In this document: one piece after another, positions 1-12,636 of the stretch
Position numbering within the stretch: the first letter of the stretch is position 1
Layout: every line of letters begins with the position of its first letter
From: Hypanus sabinus
Taxonomy: Eukaryota
Reading direction: 5' to 3'
NCBI RefSeq assembly: GCF_030144855.1
Contig: NC_082731.1
Coordinates: 25,854,001-25,918,000 of the forward strand
DNA: 64,000 bases
Notes under the pieces: generated by a model
Told to the model about the DNA's origin: nothing
The model's input: only the letters and a program-made list of their open reading frames with translations
The model's database searches: none
Program-made: the position numbers and the translations under genes

Positions 1-300
1 AGGTAATGTTTAGGACAGAATTAGGTATTGCATGATGATACAGGGGAGTCCATTTAGAACAGAGATACTGAGAAATTTCTTTAACCTGAGAGTGGTGAAT
101 TGTTTGAATTCATTACCACTGGCAGCTGTGCGTGCCGGGTCGTTGAATGTATTTAATGCAGAGGCTGAAACGTCACTGTTTGGACTCGACAGCGAAGGTT
201 TCGTGGGGGGGAAGGCCGGGGAATTTTGACTCAGGAGTAATCTAAACGATCAGCCATGATTGAATGGGTCAATTGGCATAATTCTTCTCATAGGCCATAT
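1..300 (+). mobile_element. CR1 LINE 3' end (paralogues 7900-8190 and 59150-59440)
   Basis: FRTEILRNFFNLRVVNCLNSLP, the CR1 ORF2 C-terminus pattern. Confidence 0.8.
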
Positions 301-309
301 AGGCATATG

Positions 310-1845
310 ATCTAACATTGAATCCCAATGGATTTAACCTGATTTGTTTTACACTAATCAACAGAATAAGACCCTTTGGTGTCAAAATTAAAACACAGCT
401 CGACAAAGTGATCTAACCTAAATATAAATGTTAGGCAAAAAAACGAATGATTACTTAGGTAATCACCACCATCTCCAACACACCTCCCCTCCCTCCTTTT
501 TAGGTCTCCGAAAATTATTGGCGTTGCCGATTCGTTTTAGAATTCACATAATTAGTTAAATAGAGATCACGTGCAGCAAATGTGTTTCACTTGATTGTGT
601 TAAAATTACACCTAATTTCCGAAGGTCCAACTGTTGGTGAGCTATCATCCTGCCAGAAACTACACCACGTAGACAAAAAAGAAATCCTAAGTAACTTCAC
701 GTAAAGGTTCTTTAAAATCACAAGTTATGAGAAGGATACAGGAAAATTTCCAAATCAATAAATAAGTAAATCAACGGAAAAGAGAAAGAATATGGCATAG
801 CTGTAAATCTGCCTATATCGGGCCGTCCTCAAAAGCTGAGTGACCGTGCAGGAAGTGAAGCTACTGAGGGTGGCCACCAAGAGACCAATGCCAGCTCTGG
901 AGGATTTACAAGATTCAGTGGCTGAGATGCGCATACAAAAACTGTTGCTCGGACGCTTCACCAGTCGCAGTTTTATGAGAGAATGGCAAAGAGAAACCCA
1001 TTGTTGAAAGAAACTCACAAGCAATCTCGGCTCGAGTTTGCCTCAACGAATATGGGAAACTATGAAGTCATCTGGAAAAAAATTCTATGGTCTAATGAAT
1101 CCAAACTTGAGTTCTATGGCCATCAGTCGAAACGCTATGTTCGGCGTAAGCCAAACACCGCACATCATCCATACTGTGAATCAAAAGGTGGTGCACCATG
1201 CTGTGAGGATGCCTCACTTCAGAGTCTTCCGGAAGCTTGTGAAGGTGGAAGATAAAATTAATGGAGCAAAATAGAACGAAATCCCTGATGAAGGGTGCAA
1301 GAGAGCTGTGCCTTACAGATTTCATTTCCAGCAAGAAAATGATCAAAAGCCTAAAGGCAAACCTACACAGGATCGCATAAAAACAACAAAGGTAATGTCC
1401 CGGAGTGACTACATCAGAGTCTAGACCTCAATGCAATTGAGGAATAATGGCTGAGCTTGATAATGGCTGTGTACTCATGATCCGCATACAATCTGACTGA
1501 GCTTAAGCAGTTTTGTAAAGAGGAATGGGGAAAAAATACATTATCCCGATGTCCAAATAGGATACAGACCTATCCACGCAGACTCAAAGCTGTACTTGCC
1601 ACCAACGGTGCATGGATTTAACACTGACCTTAAAGGGGTAAATACTTATGCAGACAAGTACTTTGTGTTTTATATTTGTATTTAATTTAGATCACCTTGT
1701 AGAAATCTATTTTAAATTTGAGAGAAAATACTTTTTCTGTAGAGCAGTCTCAAAAGAAGCTAAACTAAATCCTTTGTGTTTCAATTTTCTAAAACTATAA
1801 AACACGAATGCTTCCAAGGAGGGTGAATAAGTTTTATAGGTGCTG
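310..1845 (+). mobile_element. Decayed Tc1/mariner DNA transposon
   Basis: Transposase fragments KRNPLLKETHKQSRLEFA and WKKILWSNESK (WSDE-like motif); end ...CTG|TA. Confidence 0.85.
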
Positions 1846-3729
1846 TATACGGATCATTTGATTTAAAGTATACTTTAGATGATTAGTAGTTCAGTTGACA
1901 TACAAATTGCAAAGTTGTGATTAACAATGGTTGAAGTTTGTCAAATGGATTTCACTAAACAAGGATCACGTGGGCGGAGATATTGGAGATGCGTTTTATC
2001 CGGATAATAGTGAGGCATCTACTCGTGACGGCAAATGATAAAATGGAAATCTACGATAAGTGGTAGACACATAGGCAGCATTGAGGCCTGTACGTTTCTC
2101 GATGGAGTATGTCGTGTGCTAAAGTTAGTTCATTACAGTCTGTTACGCTGCTGTCGTTTAAGACAACAATTAAGGTCCCCTACATCATTCTGTCTCGGCC
2201 ATCTTATCTATGGTGCCCCAAATAAGCTTGAAGGTCCTCATTTCTCTTCCTACGGCACGGTGAGCATGCGAAGTCTCCTCGTCCATGAAGTAAAATAAAA
2301 ACATTTTCGGTCCGGATTTTTGTGGTGCTCAAGGATTCCATCGTAGTACCAGCAGCTTCCTATCGGGTTTCACTCTAATCATTTATGCAAATACCCGGAA
2401 GAGACCAACAAATATAATCGTACACAGGCATAGAAATAATTTTCCTTTCGGTTTCTGGAAAACATTGCTTTTGTGGGTTCAGGTTTCTTATTCCTGGCGC
2501 AAAACCCCGGAATCCAGAGGATCAGGAGACCACTGCTAATATGGTTTCTACCCTTTGACCAACTTGGCATAGGTCTCCCAACCAAGAGCCAAAGCATTAG
2601 GTCCTGACTCCAGTGATCACGCAAGCCTCCAAAGCCTACGACAAATTTATCATCCTGTTGAGGAAAGATAAAATTCACGAATGTTTATTCCTGTCATGAT
2701 GGGGTTATCAACTGGGTGATAAAGGTTTGCAAAGATTTCCACTATCTTTTCGAACGTTGATACCTCAACAAGCATTACAGTGTGTCTAATCGCTTTATAT
2801 TTCACTGCTGTTTAATAGAATTTGCTTTCTGTAATGTGGGTCCCAGCTTCCAACCATGACCACAGTGATTACGTTTCAAAAAGTAATTCATTGTCTGCAG
2901 AAACGGATCTAGTTTCTGACGAAGTCATGAAAGCTGCTGAGTTTCTGCAAATCGCCTTGGTAGGGATGAATGTTGGTTTAATTAGTATGTCTATCAGTGC
3001 GATTCGTATTTGACTGAGAATGCAAGATTTGGCACAGGCAGTACTGCCCTCAGCAGGAAGGGAAAACAAAATTACCTGCCTGATGATATGCACCGTGGAT
3101 GCCTTCTAACACGAGTTTGATTTTGTGTTTATTTTTCCAGCACTGATTAAGCTTAGCTTGTCTGCAAACATACCGGCAACAACGATTTCTCCTAATGTTT
3201 GATGCCAGCTCCTACGCTACCTACAACAAACGTCATGTTTCTCTCATTGAGAAAAATAGGTCAAAGTTTATTCGAACACACGTTAAGGAAGACGTGCCCA
3301 GTGCTTGGTGTGAAATTCATGCTGTCAGGTTTCTGATAAGGAACTTCTCTTCTTAGTCTATTTTCAACCAGGGCCCTGAGCTCAATATTGCTTCTAGTGG
3401 AATGGGAGCGGGCAGAGTTTCTGTGATAATTCTTTTTGTCTTCACTTTTTTTCCCCTGCGCAGACCGCTGTCTTTTAGACTGCGTTACTAAGGAAGGCAT
3501 CTCCGCCTTGATTCATGTGTTTTAATCCCTGTCAATCAGAAGGATAACCGTCCGCTGACCGGTGTCTCCGTCCTCTTAGATCAGGGAGATGTCTGTCCAA
3601 TGATTGCTTTCTCAGCCCCTGCCTCTCAGGTGGACGTCCGACTAAGGACTGTTTTAAGTCAGCCACTGTCCCTTCGGGTGATATTTAACCACTGATCATA
3701 AGATAGAGCAGTATAATTAACTCATTTAT

Positions 3730-4560
3730 ACCATTGAGACTGTCGCGCCATTTCATCATAGTCAATCTAATTTTCCTCTCTACCCCCGTCCACTGCCTTC
3801 CTCCTGTATCACTTCATCTCCTTACCAGTCCAGAATCTATGTACTTCTTCTTTAAATATATAAAGACGAGGACTCAACAGTTGCCTGGAGTAACGTATTC
3901 CACAGATTCACAACTCTCAGCTAAATCCTCCTCATCTCCATTCTAAAAGGATGACAATCTGAGTCTGTCTCCGCTGGTCTTAGACATTCCCACCAAAAGT
4001 AACATTCTCTCCAAATCTACGCTGTCATGACCCATCACCATTCAATAGGTTTCAGTGAAGTCACTCCACATTTTTCTAAATTCCAGTGAATAGAGGCCGA
4101 CAGCAAACCAAAGGTCTCCATGTGACAAGCCGTTCAATCCTGGTATCATTTTCATTAGTCTCCTTGGAACCGGTTACAGCTTCACCACATCAGTCGAAAA
4201 TAAGGGGCATCAGATTACTTCAGGTACGGCCTATCAATGCTTTAGAAACCGTCAAAATAATATCCTTGCTTTTATATTCTTGTCCTCTTGAAAATAATGC
4301 AAAATCGCAATTTGCTTCCTCACCAAAGAAACAACTTACGAAGTAACTTTTAGAGAATCGCGTACAGGTCTCCCAATCCCTTTGCGCCTCAGATCTTTGT
4401 ATTTTCACTCCATTCAGAAAATAATCAAGCCTTTTATTCTACCCATTGAAGCTCTGCCGTCATCCCTGCTTGTGTTATATTCCAATCAATTCTCGCCAAT
4501 TCCTCTCTCACCTCTCTGTAATTTCCTGACTAGTGTCTCTCAGTCCCTACCTCATGGTGA
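3730..4560 (-). mobile_element. CR1 LINE fragment upstream of V1
   Basis: Reverse-strand CR1 RT/3' sequence; same insertion site as in units 2, 4 and 5. Confidence 0.75.
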
Positions 4561-4936
4561 TACCTGTACACTGACTGCTGCCTCTCATTTCGTTTCCGCA
4601 GATATTCTCTGTGTTTTAGTTAAAATAAAATTTCTAACGCTGAAGTTGATCGTTTGAACAGAGAGCATCAGATCTTCAATCTGGTTCTGGTCACTGCCGC
4701 TGAACCTGTCTCCTGTACAGAAACATCTTTAGTAGAATTAAAATCTCTGCTGGGGGAGGGGACAGGAAACTGCCACTCCGGTTTCAGTTGGTAAGAGCCT
4801 GTTCAACAGCGACACCCTCCCTCACTCGCAGTCAATGACTCTATTTGATCAGGGCTCACTTCGTTTCAAGTTAGTTCCAGCCTGAGCTGAGGCACCGATC
4901 TCAAAAGTGTTTAAGTCGAACTCCGTGCTCAGAACG

Positions 4937-5393
4937 ATGGGTGTAGTTCTTTACATCTGTCTTATCTTGTCTTGTATTGCAGGTATGTTGTCCGCCGCCT
5001 ATCGCACACCCGGGGCAGGCTGCTTTTCGGAACCTTTGAAGCCTATGCCGGCGGAACATTTTATTAATTTCTGCTCTTTATTTTTTTTTTGCCAGACGTG
5101 CGGTCCGACATCGTGCTGAAACAATCCGACCCAGCCGTGCTAAAGGCCGGAGAACCGCACCGACTGTCTTGTGCAGTCAGTGGTTTCGATATCAACACCT
5201 ACACCATGTACTGGGTGAAAAAGGTCTCCGGGAAAGGGCTAGAAACGTTGGTACGTTACTATAGTAAAAATAATAAGTATTACGCGCCAGGAATCGAGAG
5301 ACGGTTCACGGCTTCCAAGGACAGTGGCAAGTTTTATCTGCAAATGAACGACCTGAAACTGGACGACACAGGAACATATTACTGTGCGACAGA
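4937..5393 (+). CDS. IGHV: V1: Ig heavy-chain-type V segment (IgW-like). Leader exon 4937-4982, intron 4983-5095, V exon 5096-5393; open frame
   Basis: Leader MGVVLYICLILSCIA, GT..AG intron, then DVRSDIVLKQ...LSCAVSGFDINTYTMYWVKKVSGKGLETLV...RFTASKD...DTGTYYCATD with canonical Cys/Trp/YYC, abutting a CACAGTG heptamer. The IgW assignment rests on recalled framework motifs, not a search. Confidence 0.95.
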
Positions 5394-5432
5394 CACAGTG
5401 AGGGAGACTGGGACTGGACCGGGACAAAAACC
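5394..5432 (+). promoter_or_regulatory. 23-bp RSS of V1
   Basis: CACAGTG + 23 nt + ACAAAAACC, both exact consensus. Confidence 0.97.
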
Positions 5433-6023
5433 CACAGAGAACACTTGCACTTAGAGCGCTGAGGGAAAGGGCAAGAAAGATCGCCAGAGCTCGGTGACTA
5501 TCCTTCTGGACAGGTTGGGGCGTCCACGCAAAGGAAAGCATGTTGTGACAGATGAGGAGATGAAGGGCTCGTGCCAGGCTTACAGAGGATGACGTCACTC
5601 AGCAGTTTGGAGACAAGAGTCGGTGGGGATGGGGTCAACTTTTTATTACGTCCGGTGCTGGGCCTTTACCCAGATGCTACGTAACAGACCTATTTAAATT
5701 GGTCTTCGGGCGCTTACGCCAGCCTTTAAACTGGGACACATCAATCAGATTCCGAGTGGATAATCTAGACGAGATAGAGATTTCATTGGAGATCTGATTG
5801 GAAGCGATCTAAACAATCGAGGAACAGTGACTCCCAACGAGGATCAATGGATGCCCAGTGAAAGAACTCGTTTCCTCACATCCACTCCATGTAGGGACTG
5901 GAATGGCCGATATCGAGAATCACTGGTGGAACACCGGAGCAAAGATGTAAGGGTGTGAAGGTTTTTTGAGTCAGTTGGCTGACTCGCGTATTCATCTGGT
6001 TTCAAGCAGAATGGGGTAAAGGT

Positions 6024-6071
6024 GGTTTGTGAGCTATGGTAAATCACAACATTGGGGGCTGAGCAGAAACT
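6024..6071 (+). pseudogene. D2 relic after V1 (core and 3' heptamer deleted)
   Basis: GGTTTGTGA-12-CACAACA followed closely by GCAGAAACT. Confidence 0.35.
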
Positions 6072-6479
6072 GGTCCTGACAAACCAGCAGCGCAGTCAGT
6101 CTACTTGTCTTCTGCACTGTTGCTTAACAGAGTCAAACCACAGAAGCCTGACTGGACTGCTATGCCGGGCAATTAAAAATAAATAAAGCTTAGACTGTGT
6201 TTCTGTGGATTGGCAGGAACCGGTGTCCTCCGACTGGAAAACTCCGAAAATGCCTCTTTAATCCTCACGCCGGGAAGACCCCAGCTCAGAGTTTGGGATG
6301 GAAACCCAGGATGAAGCCTTATATCGGTCCGGACAGGAATCGTGTGGACAGATGTTGAGATTATTGGACGTGACTGTCAAAACCACGGTTCGACATCGCA
6401 GCAGATTCAGCAATTGCGCTCGTGAATATGCATGTATCGGGGGATATTTGCGTGGAGTTCTGAGAAGGTACCTTCCACG

Positions 6480-7900
6480 GGACTTGAAAAGTTTGGTAGG
6501 GTACAAAACCCATGTTGCACAAAGGTTGTTGTAAATCTAGCCCAGAAGTAAAGAAGAGCTTAGGAAACTATCAAAAACCGAGGTAATGATCTGAATCTGG
6601 AAGATTATATGGATAGCAGGAAGGAGATTAAGAATGAAGTTACGAGAGCTAATAAGGGTCCTGAGAAGTCCTTGGCACACAGGTATAACGGAAATCCCAA
6701 GATATTCTACAGGTATGTGAGGAGCAAGAGGATAGGACGTGAGAGAATAGGACCAATCCAGTGTGACAATGCAAAAGTGTGTATAGAACCGGAGGAAATA
6801 GTGAAGTTACATAATGAATACTTTGCTTCAGTATTCACTATGGTAAGGGATCTTGGCAATTTTAAGGATGATTTGCAGTGTACTGAATAGTTTGAGAATG
6901 TACATAGTAAGAAAGATGATGTCCTGGAACTTGTGGAAATCATCGTTGTATGAGTCATCTGGACTGGACGGGATGTACCCCAGGCTACTATGGGAAGTGA
7001 GGGAGGAGATTTCTGAGCCTCTGGCAATGATCTTAGCGTCTTCAATGAGGACGGGAGAGCTACGGGAGGATTGGAGGGTTGCGGATGTCGTTCCCTTTTA
7101 CAGGAAAGGGAGTAGAGATATCCCAAAAAATTAGTAGCCAGTGAGTCTTACCTCAGTGGTTGGTAAGTCGGTGGAGAAGATCTTGAGAGGTAGGATTTTT
7201 GAACATTTAGAGAGGCATAATACGACTAGGAATAGTCAGCACGGCGCTGTCCAATGCTTTACGAACCTTAATACATTTTTGAGGCTGTGACTAACCACAT
7301 TGATGAAGGTAGAGCCGTTAATGTAGTTGGGTTGGGTGTGTTGTGGATAGTGTGGAGGGCTGTTAGAGGTTACAACGGGTCATTGTTAGGATGCAAAACT
7401 GTACCGAGAAGTGGCAGATGGAATTCAAGCCAGATCACTGTGAGGTAGGTAGGTCAAATATGATGGCAGAATATCGCATTAATTGTAAACTCTTGGCAGT
7501 GTGCAGGATCGAGGTGATCTTGGGGTCCGAGGCCATAGTACACTCAAACCTGCTTCACAGGTTGACTCTATGATTAGGAAAGCACGCGGTTCATCGGCCT
7601 TCGTCAATCGCGGGACTGAGTTTAAGAGTCAAGAGGAAATGTTGCAAATATATAGGACCCTGGTCAGACCCCACTTGGAGTACTGTGCTCAGTTCTGGTC
7701 GCTTCACTATAGGAAGGACGAGGAAACCATTGAAAGGGTGCAGAGGATATCTAAAAGGATGTTGCCTGGAAGAGTGAGCCTGCCTTATGAGAATAGTATA
7801 CGTGAACTCGGCATTTTCTCCTTGGAGCAATGGAGGATGAGAAGTGACTTGATAGAGGTGTACAAGATAATGAGAGGCATTGATCGCGTGGATAGTGAGA
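6480..7900 (+). mobile_element. Decayed CR1 LINE ORF2
   Basis: NPKIFYRYVRSKR, SSGLDGMYPRLL..VREEI, WRVADVVP, RTLVRPHLEYCAQFWS. Confidence 0.9.
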
Positions 7901-8199
7901 GATAGTCTGAGGATACAGACGCGTCCATTTAAAACAGAAATGCACTGAAACTTATTTTGCTAGACGGTGGTGAATTGATTGAATTTATTAACAAAAGCAG
8001 CTGTGCACGCCGGGTTTTGCGTATATTTAAGGCAGAGCCTTAAACGTTATTTATTGGACACAGCATCAAAGGTTTCGGGGAGGCTGAGTTTGCAATTTTC
8101 ACTCACGAGTGGGATAAACGATCAGCTAAAAAGGAATACCAGAGCAGGCTCTGTGAGCTAAATGGCCTAATTCTGCTCCTAGGCTTTATGGGCATATGG

Positions 8200-9727
8200 T
8201 AACATTGAATCCCATTGGATTTAATTTGGCTTTTTGACACTAATTAACAGAACAAGACCCTTTTGTGTCAAGATGAAAAGAGAGCTGCAAAGCGATCTAA
8301 ATTAAATATAATTATAAAACAAACAAAAAAAATTGATTGCTTAAGTGATTACCTCCACCACCACTACCACCCGCCCCACCACCATGAATATATCTCACCA
8401 AATCATCACAGGCGCAGCCGATTTTCTTTGTAATTCACATAATTAGTTAAATGGGGATCTCTTTTCGGAGTCCTGTGTGCAATCAAGGAGTCAAGGATTG
8501 TGTTAAAATTACACCTGCATTTGGAAAGTCCAACTGCTGGTGAGATAGTGTCTTGACACAAACTACACCATGCAGACAAATAAAAAACGCTAAGTAACTT
8601 CACGTAAAGGTTAGTGAAAAGCACAAGTTATGAGATGGTTAGAAAAAGATTTCCAAGTCAATGAATTAAGTCAATCATCAGAAAATATGTCATAGCTGTA
8701 AATGTGCCTTGACCGGGCCATCCTCAAAAACTGAGTAACCACATAGGAAGCGAAACTAGTCAGGGTGGCCACCAAGAGACCGATGCCGGCTCTGGAGGAG
8801 TTACAAGATTCAGTGGCTAAGACAGAGCAGACTGCGCATACAACAAATATGGCTCGGATGTTTCACCATTCGTAGCTTTATCAGAGAATGCAAAGGGAGA
8901 CCCATTGTTGAATAAAAACTAACATGCAACCTCGACTAGAGTTTACCACTACGATTGTGAGAAACCATGAAGTCAGCTGGAAGAAAACATTCTATGGTCT
9001 AATGAATCTAAATTTGAGTTTTATGGCCATCAGACGAAACGCTCTGTTCGGCGTGATCCAAAGCACCACACATCATCCCTACGGTGAAGCATAGTGGTGT
9101 CTCACCATGCTGTGAGGAAGCTTCACTTCAGACGGCCGTGGAAGCTTGTGAAGTTAAAAGGTTAAATCTATTGACCATAATAGAACGAAATAGCTGATGC
9201 TGTGTGGAAGAGAACTATGCCTTTGGAGATGTATTTTCCAGCAAGACAATGATCCAAAGCATAAAGGCAAAGCTAAACAAAATCGCATAAAAACAACATA
9301 GTTAATGTCCCGGAGTGGCCCAGTAAGAGTCCGTACCTCAATCCAATTGAGAACCTATGGCTGGACTTGATAATGGCTGTATACTCACAGTCCCCATACA
9401 ATCTGACAAAGCTTCAACAATCTTGTAAAGAAGAATGGGGGAAAATTGCATTTTCCCAATGTCCAAAGCTGTAATTGCCAGCAAATATGCATGTATTAAA
9501 CACTGACCTGAAAGAGGTAAAGATGTATGCAGACATTAGTTTGTGTTTTATATCTGTATTGACTTTACATCACTTTGTAGAGAGAGATCTGTGTATGATT
9601 TGAGACAAAAGAGACATTTCTGTTCATTAGTCTCAAAAAAACTAAACTAACTCCATTGCGATTCAGTGTTCTAAAACAATAAAAGACGAATGCTACCAAG
9701 GAGGATGTATTCGTTTTGTTGGCATCG
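8200..9727 (+). mobile_element. Decayed Tc1 transposon (paralogous insertion)
   Basis: Aligns with 310-1845 and 59460-60988. Confidence 0.85.
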
Positions 9728-10559
9728 TATATAAAAACTGTGCGTTAAAGGTTTCAAAAGTTTTACTCTATCTGTGCGAATAAGGGTAGCTCAACAAGTG
9801 CACAGTGTGTCACATCGCTTTATATTTCGCTGCTGTTTAAGAAAATTTGCTTTGTGTAATTTGGGTCTCACGCATGGAACATGCGTGACGACAGTGAGTC
9901 TGTTTCAATAAGTAATTCATTGTCAGCAGAGACGGTTCCAGTTTGTCAGCAAGTCATGAAAATTGCTGATTCACTGTAAATCACCTTAGTAGGGCTGAGT
10001 GTTGGATAGATTTGCAAGTCTATCAGCGCTGTATATGTTTGAGTGACAATGCAAGATTTGGTTCATGCAGTACCGCCCTCAGCAGGCTGGGTAAACAACA
10101 TTAACCTGCCTGCTGATTTGCAAAGTAGATGCCTTCTAACACGAGTTAGAAGTTAGTGCAGTTAAGCCTCTGAAAAGGGGACATAACTTATTAGTCTGCT
10201 TTCAACGAGGGACACTTGCTCAATATTGCTTCTTGTGCTATACGTGCGGTCAGAAGATTGCGTGGAAATTCTTTTTGCTTTTGTTGTTGTTTTTTTTTCT
10301 TGCGCAGACCGCTCTCTCTCAGACTGTGTTCTTCAGGAGGACATATCCTCATTGACTCGTCTATATTCCTCCCTGACTCTCAGAGGGATATCTGGCCGCT
10401 GACTGATGTCTCCGTCCCTTTATATCAGGGAGATATCTGTCCTGGGATTGCTTTCTTGGTCCCTGTCTCTCAGGTGGACATCCGACTAACGATTTGTTTC
10501 CCGCAGGCCCGTCTCTTCGGGTGATATTTAACTGCTGACCATAAGACAGAGTAGCAGAG

Positions 10560-12240
10560 TTAACTCATTTAACCCATTGAGTCTGCTGCGCTATTTCATT
10601 ATGGCCTATCTATTTTTCCTCTCTGCCTTATCCACGGCCTTCCTCTTGTATCCCTTCACCTCCTTCCCAATCCCAAATCTATGTACCTCTTATTTAAATA
10701 CACATAAAGACGTGACTTCAACAGTTGCCTGGGGTAACGTATTCCACAGATCCACAACTCTTCAGCTAAAGTAAATCCTGCTCATCTGAAAGGACGCTAA
10801 TCTGAGGCTGTCTCTGCTGGTGTTAGACATTCACATCAAAAGAAACATCCCTTCCTCATCGTTGTCATGATGAATCACCATTCAATGGTTTTCAGTGAGG
10901 TCAAACATCAATGTTCTGAATTCCAGTGAATAGAGACAGACAGCCAACCATATCACAAGCCGTTGATTCCTGGTATCATTTACGTGAATCTTCTCGGAAC
11001 CCCCTCCAGTTTTAGCTCACACAATAGAAAATAAGGAGGATCACATTATTCCAGGCAGAGCCTTCGCAATTCTTCATAAAGCTTCAAAATAACATGCTTA
11101 CTTTTATATTCTAGCCCCCTTGAAAAGATTGCAAATATCGTATTTTGCTTCCTCACCAAAGACTCAACCAGCAGAGTAACTTTTAGAGAATCGAGTGCAG
11201 GTCTCCAAATCCCTTTGCGCCTCAGATCTTGGTATTTGCTCTCTATTCAGAAAATAGACAAGCCTTTCATTTCTTCTTCACATGTGCTGGAACATACACT
11301 TCCTGACACTGTATTTCACTTGCCACTTCTATGCCCATCCTCATAATCTTTCCAAATCCTTCTGTAGGCTCTCTAATTCCTCAGAATTACCTCCCCCTCC
11401 ACTTTCTTTCATATCGTCTACAAACTTTGCGAGAAGGCCATTCACATCATTGGCATTTTACCTGAAAAGTACCGGTCCCAACGCAGACACCTGTGAAAAA
11501 CCACTAATCACCGGCAGCCAACCAGAAAAGGCTCCCTTTCTTCCGACTCTTTGCCTCCTGCGAACATGATACTTCTTTTTCCATGCTTGAGACTTTCCTG
11601 TAATAGCACGGAACTTGGTAAGCAGCTTATGTGTAGCACCTTGTCATGGGACTTCTAATATTCTACGTACACAATATCAAACGGTTTTACTTCGTCTATT
11701 GTCCGTGTTATTTCTTCAGGAATTCCAACAGATTTGTCAGGCAAGGATTCCTCTTAAATAAACCATGCTACCAACAACCTATTTTAGCATATGATTGCAA
11801 GTAACCTCAAATCACACCCTGATCAAAGGGCTCCAACATTATGGCCAAAATAGCCTATAATCTATTTTCTTCTGTCTCTCGCAGCTCTCGGAGAGTGGAG
11901 TGAAATTTCCAAATTCGTATTCCATCTTTACCTTCTTAATGACTTTTTCATTTTCCTCTGTTGGTACCTAAAAGCTTCCAAATCTGTAAACTTCCCACAA
12001 GTGGCTGTTCCATGATACGCTTTCATTTTGACTTTTATATTGGCTTTGACGGCTTGTTATGCACCGATGCGTCATCCTGCCTTTAGTCAGCATCTTCCTG
12101 ATTGTGGTGTGCACATTATCTGCCTTTCGAATTGCGACCTGAATTTTTAACCATTGCAGCCCTGCCATCATTCCTGCTTTTGTTATCTTCCAATCAATTC
12201 TCGCCAACACCTCTCTCACCCCACTGTAATTTCCTGACTA
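10560..12240 (-). mobile_element. CR1 LINE fragment upstream of V2
   Basis: Minus-strand REVLARIDWK...QWLKIQVAIRKA and RT fragments. Confidence 0.8.
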
Positions 12241-12636
12241 CTGTCTCTCTGTCCCTGTCTCAGGGACTGGACTGGACACTGCCTCTCAGTTAGTTTCTGC
12301 AGATATTCTCTGTTTCAGTTTAAATATTTTTTCCAACGGTGAAGTTGATCATTTGAACGGAAATCGACAGATCTTCACTCCTGTTCTGGTCACTGCCGCT
12401 GATGGCTCCTATAAAGAGGCAAACATTTTAGGGGAATAGAAATCTCTGTTGGGGGAGGGGACAGGAAGCTGCCACTTTGGTTTCGGTTGGTGAGAAACTG
12501 TTCAGGTAGCGACACCCTCTCTCCGTGACAGTCAATATCTCTATTGAATGAGCGCTCACTTCGATTCGCGTTATATACAGCCTGAGCTGATGCACCGATC
12601 TCAAAAGTGTTAAATTCCGACTCAGGGCTCAGAACG

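Larger units (their letters stand above)
1..6430 (+). repeat. Segmental duplication unit 1 (CR1 tail - Tc1 - unique block - inverted CR1 - V1 - D/J relics)
   Basis: Same order and alignable sequence as 7900-14150 and 59150-64000. Confidence 0.9.

Noticed and set aside
1975-2060. FYPD..DGK motif resembling a C1-set domain
   Set aside because: No upstream Cys, stops follow, and the paralogues read FNPE
2861-2888. CACAGTG as a possible RSS
   Set aside because: No nonamer at 12 or 23 nt; the heptamer is GACAGTG or AACAGTG in the three paralogous copies
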